Shown here piece by piece: positions 50,488-60,458 of a stretch of 64,000 bases of DNA. The translations under genes were made by a program, and so were the position numbers. Position 1 is the first letter of the stretch; each line of letters begins with the position of its first letter. Below the pieces are notes generated by a model. It ran no database searches and was not told where the DNA came from. It saw only the letters and a list, made by a program, of their open reading frames with translations. The DNA comes from an uncultured Cycloclasticus sp. (GTDB lineage Bacteria; Pseudomonadota; Gammaproteobacteria; Methylococcales; Cycloclasticaceae). The stretch covers positions 19,009 through 83,008 of the forward strand of contig CAJXTU010000006.1 in the NCBI GenBank assembly GCA_913060865.1. The letters run 5' to 3'.

Positions 50488-51378
50488 TTAAGTATGAGTT
50501 TTAATAAATGTGCCTATCCGTTGAAGTGCTTGTCGTGCTTCAGGAATCAATTTGGACATTAATTGCCATACATGGACCTGCCCATCCCACACTTCAAGTG
50601 TGCTATCAACACCGGCTTTTTTTGCTATTTTATTTAGACGCACAGCATCGTCTAGCAATACTTCATTACTACCTACCTGAATTAATAACGGTGGCAACCC
50701 AGTAAGATCAGCAAAAATGGGCGAAACTCGTGAGTCATTAGCTGTTAAGTCTGCTAAATACTGCTTACCAAGCCAGGCCAACGATTCCTTACACAAAATA
50801 GAATCTGCCTTAGCATTTGTTTGCATTGAATCACCTGAAAAACTTAAATCAGCCCAAGGCGACAAACAAACACCTGCGGCAGGTAACGGTATACCTTCTT
50901 CCTTTAAAGCAACCATCAGTGCCACGGCTAAACCTCCACCTGCTGAGTCACCTGCAATAACAATTTTTTCTGGTTTTTCAGCATTTTCAAGCAAGGCTTT
51001 ATACGCAGATATTGCGTCATCCAATGCGCCTGGGAATGGCGTTTCTGGTGCTAAACGGTAATCTAAGACAAACACTCGCGCCTGAGCTAAATTCGCCATC
51101 AGCCCCGCCAAACCACCGTGACTGGTTGGCGACCCAAGCACATAACCACCACCATGTAGGTATAAAACGACTGTTTCTTTGCTGCCTAATTGAGCCTCAT
51201 GCCACTCTCCAGCCAGACCACCTATCACCTCTAATCGGCCAGGCTTACCCTTAACACTCATCGCAGACATCTTATCCATCGATGCACGTTCTTTTAGCAA
51301 ATCACCGCTTCTTGCAAACTTCTTTTTAACGGTCATTCGCAGAAAAGTTGCTAATAATTGACTTCGCACACTGGCCAT
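50488..51378 (-). CDS. HSL-family (alpha/beta hydrolase) esterase
   Basis: HGGG, DYRLAPE, GDSAGG nucleophile elbow, E.LLDD, HVW. Confidence 0.92.
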   Translation of the reverse strand: MASVRSQLLATFLRMTVKKKFARSGDLLKERASMDKMSAMSVKGKPGRLEVIGGLAGEWHEAQLGSKETVVLYLHGGGYVLGSPTSHGGLAGLMANLAQARVFVLDYRLAPETPFPGALDDAISAYKALLENAEKPEKIVIAGDSAGGGLAVALMVALKEEGIPLPAAGVCLSPWADLSFSGDSMQTNAKADSILCKESLAWLGKQYLADLTANDSRVSPIFADLTGLPPLLIQVGSNEVLLDDAVRLNKIAKKAGVDSTLEVWDGQVHVWQLMSKLIPEARQALQRIGTFIKTHT

Positions 51379-51594
51379 TACATCCCCTTTGTTATCTATT
51401 TTTTTATTCTGAGCACCCTATCTTCTGTCACAACAGACAGAGAGTTCTACTCATGTGAGTTTCAACATAATTTCCTAAGAATATATCTTTTTACTAATGT
51501 TTGATATCTTTACCTTAAGAAGTATTTAATAATGAGTGTTAGAATTTTTTAAAAAAAACTAATAATCAATTAGAGCAATAGCTAAGAGGCGAAA

Positions 51595-53088
51595 ATGTCA
51601 AATATATCGGAAACAATTAACGCACTAAAAAAGGGAGGTGCTAAAGAACCTCGCATCATTATCATGGGTGCTGGCATGTCTGGTATTTTAATGGGCATTA
51701 ACCTATTAAAAGCGGGTTTAACTAACTTTAGCATTTATGAAAAGCGCCACACCATTGGCGGCACTTGGCGTGAAAACACATACCCTGGCATTGCCTGCGA
51801 CATTCCCTCTTACTTTTATACCTATAGTTTTGAACCCAACCCAAACTGGACTCGACGCTTCCCCCCGGGCTCTGAAGTTCAAGCCTATTTTGAACGTGTA
51901 TTTGATAAGTATCAGTTGGCTAGCCACACCACGTTTAATGAAGAAATCATCAACACTCAACATAAAGATGGCCAGTGGCATATTGAAACCGCCAGTGGTA
52001 AGAGCGATACAGCTGATTTTATTGTAGCGGCCACTGGTGTTTTACATAAAATAAATCAACCTAAGTTTGAAGGTATAGAAAATTTTAAAGGCGACACCTT
52101 TCATACAGCACGTTGGAATCATGACATCGAATTAAAAGGCAAGAAAATAGGCATTATAGGGGGCGGTTCCACAGGGACTCAGATGATTGAACCTCTCTCA
52201 AACGTAGCAAAAGAACTTACACTATTCCAACGTACCCCTCAGTGGGTTTTCCCAATCCCTGATAAGGCTTACTCCAAACTATGGATCAAAGCCGTTAAAC
52301 GTTTTCCTGCTCTTGGTAAAGGCCTGTACCGCATTTATAAATTTATGCAAGAAAGAACCGTGGGCGTTGCGACCATTAAACCGGGCTGGAACCGATCCAT
52401 ACTGAATAAGGCCTGCCAATGGAATTTAAACCATGTAAAGGATGCTGCATTACGCGCCAAGTTAACACCCAACTATGAACCCGGTTGTAAGCGCCTGGTT
52501 ATGTCTACCTCCTTTTATCCCGCTATTCAAAAACCCCACTGTTCTTTAGTAACAGAAGGCATAGATAAAATTGAAGCTAACGGTATTCGTACCAAAGATG
52601 GCGTGCTGCATGAATTGGATATTATTGTCCAAGCCACTGGCTTTGATGGCTTTGCTTTTATGCGCCCGATGACCATGCAGGGTTCAAACAACACCAGCTT
52701 AGCTAATGCGTGGGAAAACGGCCCGCGTGCTTTTCGCGCCATTACCATCCCTAATTTCCCTAACTTTTTTATGCTGAATGGCCCCAATAGCCCTATTGGC
52801 AATTATTCCCTTATTGCCATTGCTGAAACACAAAGCACATATATTATGCAGTGCATACAAAAATATATGGAAGGCGGTTTTGACTATATCGAACCTAAAC
52901 AAGAAGCCGTGGATAGTTTTTACGAAACTGTCCACAAAGCGTTACCTGGTACTATTTGGACGACCGGTTGCCAAAGTTGGTATTTAGATGACAAAGGCGT
53001 GCCTTTATTATGGCCATGGTCCCCACAGCGTTATGCAAAAGAAATGAGTCAACCGAATTTTAATAATTACCACCTAAAAAAGGCTTAA
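51595..53088 (+). CDS. Baeyer-Villiger-type flavoprotein monooxygenase
   Basis: GAGMSG, GGTWRENTYPGIACD, FKGDTFHTARW fingerprint, GGGSTG, ATGF, C.SWY. Confidence 0.9.
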   Translation: MSNISETINALKKGGAKEPRIIIMGAGMSGILMGINLLKAGLTNFSIYEKRHTIGGTWRENTYPGIACDIPSYFYTYSFEPNPNWTRRFPPGSEVQAYFERVFDKYQLASHTTFNEEIINTQHKDGQWHIETASGKSDTADFIVAATGVLHKINQPKFEGIENFKGDTFHTARWNHDIELKGKKIGIIGGGSTGTQMIEPLSNVAKELTLFQRTPQWVFPIPDKAYSKLWIKAVKRFPALGKGLYRIYKFMQERTVGVATIKPGWNRSILNKACQWNLNHVKDAALRAKLTPNYEPGCKRLVMSTSFYPAIQKPHCSLVTEGIDKIEANGIRTKDGVLHELDIIVQATGFDGFAFMRPMTMQGSNNTSLANAWENGPRAFRAITIPNFPNFFMLNGPNSPIGNYSLIAIAETQSTYIMQCIQKYMEGGFDYIEPKQEAVDSFYETVHKALPGTIWTTGCQSWYLDDKGVPLLWPWSPQRYAKEMSQPNFNNYHLKKA

Positions 53089-53098
53089 TACTTCCTCT

Positions 53099-53161
53099 TT
53101 AACAAAGCCCTTTGAATACCTATCCCTGCAATATGTCAGGCTATACAAAGGGCTTTGTTAA
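53099..53161. repeat. 16-bp perfect inverted repeat forming a long hairpin
   Basis: TTAACAAAGCCCTTTG-N31-CAAAGGGCTTTGTTAA. Confidence 0.8.
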
Positions 53162-53327
53162 TGACAACTAAAAAACCAACCTATTCAGTTTGAAATTGAA
53201 ATATAACATTTAGGTCAAAAATAGACCTTATGTCTCGTCGACTAAAAAGGATGTTTAAATCAAGCGGTACGCAAGCCCATCAAGGATGAAAAATTACCCC
53301 CATCTATAGCGCCAATAAAACTACTCG

Positions 53328-54416
53328 TTAAGTCGGCAACGCCCTTGCGCGCATAAACGCATATTCTGATATATCTGACCATTTCATCGCTTGTTGCTGA
53401 AACCCACTATAAGACGCATACACTTTTTGCGAAAAGGCATCTCTATCTACGATTTCCTGCACGACTGCATTTGATAAGGCGTGGAGTTTTTTCAGCACGT
53501 CATCCGGTAGCGGTTTAACATTAACCTGATGCTTATTCACCAATGTATTTAACGCGGTATTATTTTTAGCGGTAAATTCCGAAATCATATCCATATTCGC
53601 GTCTTTACAGGCGTGCTTTACAATCGCTTGCAGGTCTTTCGGTAAAGAGGCAAAGGCATCTTTATTAATAAACGTTTCTAGCGTTGAACCGGGTTCGTGC
53701 CAACCAGGGTAATAATAGTTCTTTGCTGCTTTATACAAACCAAATGCTAGGTCGTTATAAGGCCCAATCCATTCGGTTGCATCGATAGCGCCCGACTGTA
53801 AGGATGTAAAAATCTCACCACCGGGCATACTGACAGGTGTTCCACCTGCACGGCTTAGTACCTCGCCACCTAAACCTGGAATACGCATTTTTAAACCATT
53901 GAGGTCATCAACTGAGTTAATTTCTTTACGAAACCAACCCGCCATTTGAACACCTGTATTGCCGGTAGCCATAGGTATTAGGTTGAATTGGTCATACAAT
54001 TCTTCCCACAGCGCTAAACCACCACCGTAGTACAACCAACCATTAACTTCCTGCGCCGTCATACCAAAGGGGATAGCAGAAAAGAATTGCGTTGTTTCGT
54101 TCTTACCCTTCCAATAATACGCCGCACCGTGACCCATTTGCGCCGTTCCGCGAGAGACCGCGTCAAAAGCTTCGAAAGCAGGCACGAGTTCATTCGCACC
54201 ATAAACCTTGATACGAATACGCCCCGCAGTCATCTCCTCAATTGTTTTCGCCAAATAATTAGCATTGGTACCTAACACTGGAAAGTTTTTAGGCCAAGTC
54301 GTGACCATTTTCCATTTAAACTCTGGTTTAGCTGCGAAAGCCTTGCCGCCCATTGCTAGTGACGTGGCCGCCACTACCCCTGAACCGAATGTTTTCAATA
54401 CATCACGACGTTTCAT
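53328..54416 (-). CDS. TRAP transporter substrate-binding protein (TakP/FcbT1-like), Tat-exported
   Basis: MKRRDVLK twin-arginine signal with GGAG RBS, WKMVTTWPK, LKMRIPGLGG, EWIGPYND, YYYPGWHE. Confidence 0.92.
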   Translation of the reverse strand: MKRRDVLKTFGSGVVAATSLAMGGKAFAAKPEFKWKMVTTWPKNFPVLGTNANYLAKTIEEMTAGRIRIKVYGANELVPAFEAFDAVSRGTAQMGHGAAYYWKGKNETTQFFSAIPFGMTAQEVNGWLYYGGGLALWEELYDQFNLIPMATGNTGVQMAGWFRKEINSVDDLNGLKMRIPGLGGEVLSRAGGTPVSMPGGEIFTSLQSGAIDATEWIGPYNDLAFGLYKAAKNYYYPGWHEPGSTLETFINKDAFASLPKDLQAIVKHACKDANMDMISEFTAKNNTALNTLVNKHQVNVKPLPDDVLKKLHALSNAVVQEIVDRDAFSQKVYASYSGFQQQAMKWSDISEYAFMRARALPT

Positions 54417-54438
54417 TTTTATATTCTCCATTGACTAT

Positions 54439-55134
54439 TTAGCACCAGCTAGCGGCTGCTTTTGGTTTACTCAGTAGCTCTAAAACATTAGCCTCAATAA
54501 CTCGATAGCCTACATTGCCATAAATGATTTGACGGCCTTCGTTAAACACAAGGGTCGGGCTACCCATAACACGGTATTTTTCTTTTAGCTGTACGTCTCT
54601 ATCTAATGCGGCAAATGCCGCACCACTAGCTATTTCTGCTTGAATTTTATCGATCGGTAAGCCTAATCTTTCCGCTAAATCTATTTGTGCGGAGAGCGTT
54701 GAAACATCAATGAGATTTTTAAAGAAATCTTCTCTCATCGCCCAAACAGTCGCCTCAATAATAGATCCCTCACCCTCCACTTTAGGTATTCCTCCTTTCG
54801 CCTCGACTAGTTGAATGGCTTTAAGAAATAGGTGGCAGGATGCAGAACTCGTCGGCGTATTTTTAACCCAAATATCTTTATGCACGTCTATATGATCAAA
54901 CTTAGAGGCTTCATCACAAACCAGCTTCCCATACGCCGTTATGCCTCCTCGATGAGCCCAATTTTGCTCCATTTTTGACTCTACAGAACCAAAAACCTGG
55001 ATAAAATGATAATGAAGATTAATGCGCTCAGCAAACTTGGCTTTCAATGTATCTATTCGAATTTGTGTTAAATAAGCCCATACGCATAGCACATCGGAAA
55101 AGTGCAAAATAGAGACGCTTTTAGATTCCGGCAT
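54439..55134 (-). CDS. DSBA-like thioredoxin-fold protein (FrnE/HCCA isomerase-like)
   Basis: HFSDVLCVWAY, GSPT cis-Pro, C-terminal SWC. Confidence 0.8.
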   Translation of the reverse strand: MPESKSVSILHFSDVLCVWAYLTQIRIDTLKAKFAERINLHYHFIQVFGSVESKMEQNWAHRGGITAYGKLVCDEASKFDHIDVHKDIWVKNTPTSSASCHLFLKAIQLVEAKGGIPKVEGEGSIIEATVWAMREDFFKNLIDVSTLSAQIDLAERLGLPIDKIQAEIASGAAFAALDRDVQLKEKYRVMGSPTLVFNEGRQIIYGNVGYRVIEANVLELLSKPKAAASWC

Positions 55135-55267
55135 TTAATCCCCTGCTAACTAAATTTATTATTTTAATAGCCCCTTATACTACCGACTATGCGCTATTGA
55201 GAGAAGTATTAAAAAGTAGACTTAAGCCATGTATACTAACTTTTTCAAAATTATCTTAATTAACATT

Positions 55268-55765
55268 ATGCCGTCCATCGAACAACACTTAGAAAAGTTA
55301 CTGTATGCCTCAAGGTGGCTACTCGCACCCTTGTACCTTGGATTAAGCCTTGCGCTCATTTTGTTATCCATCAAATTTTTTCAAGAAGCGCTGCATTTCT
55401 TTCCAATTATTTTATCCACAACCGAGTCTGATATGGTTCTCGTGATTCTCTCGCTGGTCGATATGTCGTTGGTCGGTGGCTTAATCATTATGGTGATGCT
55501 CAGCGGCTATGAAAATTTCGTTTCACGAATTGATATCGCAGAAGGAGAAGAGAAACTGTCTTGGTTGGGCAAACTAGATTCTGGCTCATTGAAGCAAAAA
55601 GTGGCTGCCTCTATCGTCGCTATTTCGTCCATTCATCTACTGCAAAAGTTTATGAATGCTGAACACATTGATAATGACAAACTCATGTGGTTTGTTATTC
55701 TCCACATCACTTTCGTCCTCTCTGCGATTGGCATGGCGTGGGTTGATAAGATGAATCAACGATAA
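55268..55765 (+). CDS. UPF0114/YqhA (TIGR00645) membrane protein
   Basis: [31 protein letters not shown]. Confidence 0.9.
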   Translation: MPSIEQHLEKLLYASRWLLAPLYLGLSLALILLSIKFFQEALHFFPIILSTTESDMVLVILSLVDMSLVGGLIIMVMLSGYENFVSRIDIAEGEEKLSWLGKLDSGSLKQKVAASIVAISSIHLLQKFMNAEHIDNDKLMWFVILHITFVLSAIGMAWVDKMNQR

Positions 55766-55782
55766 AAAAACAAGGATCAACG

Positions 55783-56823
55783 ATGCAATACAGACAACTG
55801 GGTAAAACAGATCTTGATGTTAGCTTAATTGGCCTTGGCACCATGACATGGGGCCGCCAAAATACCCAAGACGAAGGCTTCGAGCAAATGGATTATGCCC
55901 TCAAGCAAGGCATTAACTTTTTTGATACTGCTGAGATGTACGCGGTTCCACCTTCAGCCGATACCTACGGTAAAACTGAAACCATTATCGGCAATTGGTT
56001 CGCCTCTCGTAAAAATCGAGAAAAGGTTATTCTTGCCTCAAAAATTGCGGGACCGGGAATGCCTTGGGTAAGAGAAGGCAGCAATTACATCGATCGAAAA
56101 AACATTCTCCTTGCGGTTGAAGGGAGTTTGAAACGCTTACAAACTGACTATATCGACCTGTATCAATTGCACTGGCCTAACCGTGGCTCATATCATTTTG
56201 GACAAATTTGGGACTACGCACCAAACTTTGACAAGCAAGCGGTTGAAGATAATTTCATGGACGTTCTTGAGACGCTAGATGAGCTTATTAAAGCAGGAAA
56301 GATTCGTCATGTGGGCCTATCAAACGAAACTGCCTGGGGAACATCCAAGTGGTTAGAGCTTGCTGAAAAACACAACTTACCGCGTATGGCGTCCATTCAA
56401 AACGAATACTCATTAATGGCACGACATTTTGAACCAGACCTGAGTGAAATTAGCCTACATGAAGACTGTGGCTTACTCGCTTGGTCGCCCCTAACCCGCG
56501 GTCTAATTAGTGGAAAATACCTTGATGGGGCTATGCCAGAAGGTACACGTTTAGCTATTGATTCACGCGCCGAACACCGCGCATCCGCACAAACCGATGC
56601 CACCATTAAAGCCTATATTGCATTAGCTAAAGCACATGATTTAGATGTTTGCCAAATGGCACTGGCTTTTGTTAACCAACAACCCTTTGTCACCTCTAAT
56701 TTAATTGGTGCAACCAATATGCAGCAATTAAAAAGCAACATCAACTCTATCAACTTAACCCTATCCGATGACGTGAACGAAGGGATTAAGGCGATTAGAC
56801 GACAATACCCTATGTCTTTTTAG
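55783..56823 (+). CDS. tas: NADP(H)-dependent aldo-keto reductase, Tas-like
   Basis: LGTMTWG, DTAEMY, DYIDLYQLHWP, GLSNET, SIQNEYSL. Confidence 0.9.
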   Translation: MQYRQLGKTDLDVSLIGLGTMTWGRQNTQDEGFEQMDYALKQGINFFDTAEMYAVPPSADTYGKTETIIGNWFASRKNREKVILASKIAGPGMPWVREGSNYIDRKNILLAVEGSLKRLQTDYIDLYQLHWPNRGSYHFGQIWDYAPNFDKQAVEDNFMDVLETLDELIKAGKIRHVGLSNETAWGTSKWLELAEKHNLPRMASIQNEYSLMARHFEPDLSEISLHEDCGLLAWSPLTRGLISGKYLDGAMPEGTRLAIDSRAEHRASAQTDATIKAYIALAKAHDLDVCQMALAFVNQQPFVTSNLIGATNMQQLKSNINSINLTLSDDVNEGIKAIRRQYPMSF

Positions 56824-56880
56824 TACCTTAGCCAATGACTTAGTTCATCAAATTGCATTTCGCCCGAATAAACCTCTCGC

Positions 56881-57153
56881 TTAATTCTCTACCTGGTGGC
56901 AGGGGTGCGTGTTTACAAAATGCTGAAGCACCAATTTAAGCTTAGCGGTTTGAACAAGGTTCCCACACGCTTCCGCATCACTAATATCATCTAAAATAAT
57001 CTTTTTAATCGCAGGGATCCCGGCCTCAGTTTCGAGCAAATAATGCCCTAATTCTAACGCCACAATTCTAGGAACGTGTTCGTGTTCTGCGATGGCATCT
57101 ATTTCCTCATCCGTTAAACCACTCAAATCAACACAGTCTTCGTAAGTAAGCAT
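56881..57153 (-). CDS. Hypothetical 90 aa protein
   Basis: GGAGG RBS; LT.EDC.DL.GLT.EEI.AIAEHEHVP motif; function unknown. Confidence 0.75.
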   Translation of the reverse strand: MLTYEDCVDLSGLTDEEIDAIAEHEHVPRIVALELGHYLLETEAGIPAIKKIILDDISDAEACGNLVQTAKLKLVLQHFVNTHPCHQVEN

Positions 57154-57262
57154 AATTCCTCCTTAATAGTATTAACTTGGACAGTTAAAGAAGCCTCTTT
57201 ACTCAATGAGTAGTTGGAGAGTTCACCCCTCTATCAAACTATTTTGATCTGCATCAGGAAAG

Positions 57263-58204
57263 CTACTCAAACTCCATTTGCCGAAACATAGTACTCGCGT
57301 TTCTAAGCGTCAACTCATCAAAAACATCTAGATGCTCATAGGCGGATTGGTCTATTTTAGTGGCATCATGCAAGGTCCCATCTTCTTCCAACAGCTGACT
57401 AATTTGTTGCCGCATGTACACTAAATAATCACGGGTGTATTTAGTCACTTCCTGCATAGTTGTTGGCCCACCATGGCCAGGAATAACGATCTGTGCGCCT
57501 AACGCCGCAAATTGATCCCATGTTTCCAGCCAAGCCGATGTGTCGGTATCTTCCATCACCGGCAAAAGGCGTTTATGAAAAGCCATATCGCCAGCAATGA
57601 CTAGCTTTTGATTCGGCAACCAAACAATAATATCGCCAGGACTATGTGACGGGCCTAAATGTAACAACTCAATCCGCTCACCGCCCATTTGTATTATTTT
57701 TTTGTCTTCGAATGTTTCATCCGGCAGTGTTAACGCGGTGCCTGCTGACTTATCCTTTCGGCCTTTTTTCATTCTATCAAGGCTCTCATGACCGTGCATT
57801 TCAAGCTCTTGTTTAGTTTCAATATGCGCAATGACTGAAACACCTTGCTCTTTCCAATAATTAGAGCCAAGAGCCGCATGGCCTTGGCCATTCTCAAGCA
57901 CTACATATTTTACGGGCTGATCGGTAATTAACTTAATGGCTTTGTGCATGGATTGCGCCAATAAGTAATTATCACTCGCATTTACCAGTAAAACCCCTTC
58001 ACTGGTGATGATAAAACTCAAATTATTGTTATGCCCTGAGTTGTCATACGTCGGCGGTGCCGTGGCGCCAATGGCTGACCAAACATTGTCGGTAACCTGT
58101 TGCGGCTGACTGAACAGCAATGAGCTCGGTGCGTTTCCTGCCAACAACAAGGTTGGCATAAAAGCGACTATTAACAAAACCAATGCCATCCACGTTTTAA
58201 TCAT
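57263..58204 (-). CDS. Exported MBL-fold protein, SoxH-like
   Basis: Signal peptide, GHNNNLSF, ENGQGH replacing HxHxDH, HSPGD, AGD, IPGHG. Confidence 0.75.
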   Translation of the reverse strand: MIKTWMALVLLIVAFMPTLLLAGNAPSSLLFSQPQQVTDNVWSAIGATAPPTYDNSGHNNNLSFIITSEGVLLVNASDNYLLAQSMHKAIKLITDQPVKYVVLENGQGHAALGSNYWKEQGVSVIAHIETKQELEMHGHESLDRMKKGRKDKSAGTALTLPDETFEDKKIIQMGGERIELLHLGPSHSPGDIIVWLPNQKLVIAGDMAFHKRLLPVMEDTDTSAWLETWDQFAALGAQIVIPGHGGPTTMQEVTKYTRDYLVYMRQQISQLLEEDGTLHDATKIDQSAYEHLDVFDELTLRNASTMFRQMEFE

Positions 58205-58219
58205 TTTTGCATCCCTCCG

Positions 58220-60385
58220 TTACAGTTTCTCAAGCCTAGCATACGCCAACATAAGCCATTTACTACCCGCCGTTGAAAAATTGACTTGCAGCCTTGCCTG
58301 GGCGCCACTGCCTTCGTGATTCAGCACGACGCCTTCGCCAAATTTTGCGTGCATCACACGCTGACCCATTTTATAACCGCCTTCTGACTGTTCTTGCGCG
58401 GTGGCCTTATAACTAGGTGCTACTGGCCTAGATACGCGCGCACCTAAACGAACCTCTTGCATTAAGTCAGCCGGAATTTCCCTTATAAAGCGTGATGGCA
58501 TCGGGTAGGTTTCTTGGCCATGTAAGCGGCGCGACTCGGCGTAGGTTAAATATAACTGCTCCATCGCTCGGGTGATACCCACATAGGCTAAGCGACGCTC
58601 TTCTTCTAACTTGCCCACATCATCAACCGAACGTTGGCTGGGAAACAAACCTTCCTCCATTCCTGTTAAAAAGACCAACGGGAACTCCAAACCTTTTGCC
58701 GAATGTAAGGTCATTAATTGCACACAATCTTCAAATTTATCGCCTTGCGCATCACCTGCCTCTAACGCCGCATGCGCTAGAAATGAATCTAATTCACTCA
58801 AGTTCTCATCAGCATCCGCTTCGTATGAAAACTGCCTTGCCGCGTTACTGAGTTCTTCTAAATTTTCTACTCGTGCCTCACCCTTTTCACCTTTCTCTTT
58901 TTTATGGTGCTCTATTAACCCAGACCGACTAATCACTTGCTCCACTTGTTCATGTAATGTCATCGATTGCATATCATTCACTAACTGACGAATCAGCGCT
59001 AAAAAGCCTGTTAGCGCATTCAAAGCGCGGCCACTGAGCTCAATTCCTTCGCACAAATAATTTGCCGCTTGCCACAGACTAATATCTTGCGCGCGCGCCC
59101 GTTCACGAATAATGTCTAACGTACGCGTTCCTAAGCCACGCGTCGGCGTATTGACGATGCGCTCAAAGGCTGCATCATTTTCATGGTGCGTAGCTAGCTG
59201 CATGTAGGCTAAGGCATTTTTAATCTCTAACCGTTCAAAGAAGCGATGCCCGCCATACACCCGGTAGGGAATACCTGCCGCCATTAAATATTCTTCAAAT
59301 AAACGTGACTGTGCATTGGAGCGATACAAAATAGCCGACTCAGCACGAGTATGGCCGTTACTGACCCAATCTTTAATTCTATCCACCACGAAACGCGCTT
59401 CGTCTTGATCGTTATAGCCTGCGTACAGCGAAATTTTTTCGCCTTCCTCACCATCCGTCCAAAGCTCTTTACCCATTCGACCATCGTTATTAACAATCAA
59501 CGCGTTGGCCGCGTTAAGAATCGTACTGGTTGAGCGATAATTTTGCTCTAAGCGAACAATTTTGTGTTTAGGATAATCTTGCTGAAAACGATGAATGTTT
59601 TCTATTTTCGCACCACGCCAGCCATAGATGGATTGATCATCATCGCCCACCACATATAAATTATCTGATTCTTGCGTTAGTAACCGCAACCACGCATATT
59701 GAATGGTATTGGTATCTTGAAACTCATCCACCAAAACATGTTTAAAACGTTGCTGATAATGCGCCCGCACCTCATAATTGTCGCGTAATAACTCATGCGC
59801 CCTGAGTAATAATTCAGCAAAATCAACCAGCCCAGAACGCTGACAGGCGCGCTCATATTCTGTATAAATTTCCAGCATTTTTTGCTCGAAATGATCACTA
59901 GACGGTGCAATGTGCCCCGCTCGACGCCCTTCATCTTTTTGAGCATTAATAAACCACTGCACCTGACGAGGCGGCCAACGTGAATCATCCACGTTCATTG
60001 ATTTAAGCAAACGCTTAATCATGCGGAATTGATCATCTGAATCCAACACCTGAAACGCGTCCGGCAAGCCCAGCTCCTGCACGTGCATTCTTAATAAACG
60101 GTGAGCAATACCATGGAACGTACCAATCCACATTCCACCAACAGGTGCCTTCAACATGGACTGCACCCGTTCACGCATTTCCCCAGCGGCTTTATTGGTA
60201 AACGTAACCGCCAAAATACCGTAGGGTGAAACACCCTCCACTTGCATTAACCAAGCAACACGATGAACCAGTACGCGCGTTTTTCCACTACCAGCGCCTG
60301 CTAGTATTAACGCCGACTTTTCCGCACCACTCACCGCATCACGCTGAGCGTCATTTAAACCATCTAATATATGTGTAATATCCAT
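58220..60385 (-). CDS. uvrD: DNA helicase II
   Basis: AGAGSGKTR, VDEFQDTN, VGDDDQSIYGWRGA, LEQNYRS, EEERRLAYVGITRA. Confidence 0.98.
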   Translation of the reverse strand: MDITHILDGLNDAQRDAVSGAEKSALILAGAGSGKTRVLVHRVAWLMQVEGVSPYGILAVTFTNKAAGEMRERVQSMLKAPVGGMWIGTFHGIAHRLLRMHVQELGLPDAFQVLDSDDQFRMIKRLLKSMNVDDSRWPPRQVQWFINAQKDEGRRAGHIAPSSDHFEQKMLEIYTEYERACQRSGLVDFAELLLRAHELLRDNYEVRAHYQQRFKHVLVDEFQDTNTIQYAWLRLLTQESDNLYVVGDDDQSIYGWRGAKIENIHRFQQDYPKHKIVRLEQNYRSTSTILNAANALIVNNDGRMGKELWTDGEEGEKISLYAGYNDQDEARFVVDRIKDWVSNGHTRAESAILYRSNAQSRLFEEYLMAAGIPYRVYGGHRFFERLEIKNALAYMQLATHHENDAAFERIVNTPTRGLGTRTLDIIRERARAQDISLWQAANYLCEGIELSGRALNALTGFLALIRQLVNDMQSMTLHEQVEQVISRSGLIEHHKKEKGEKGEARVENLEELSNAARQFSYEADADENLSELDSFLAHAALEAGDAQGDKFEDCVQLMTLHSAKGLEFPLVFLTGMEEGLFPSQRSVDDVGKLEEERRLAYVGITRAMEQLYLTYAESRRLHGQETYPMPSRFIREIPADLMQEVRLGARVSRPVAPSYKATAQEQSEGGYKMGQRVMHAKFGEGVVLNHEGSGAQARLQVNFSTAGSKWLMLAYARLEKL

Positions 60386-60458
60386 GTGATTATTTTAACG
60401 CTTATCCAGTTAATAGGTTCAGTTGATTGAATGTTCAAAAAATTACACCTAATATAAG

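Noticed and set aside
57244-57257. FNR-like site TTGAT-CTGC-ATCAG
   Set aside because: It is a 9/10 match, but there is no plausible -10 element at class II spacing, and it abuts the 3' end of the upstream gene.
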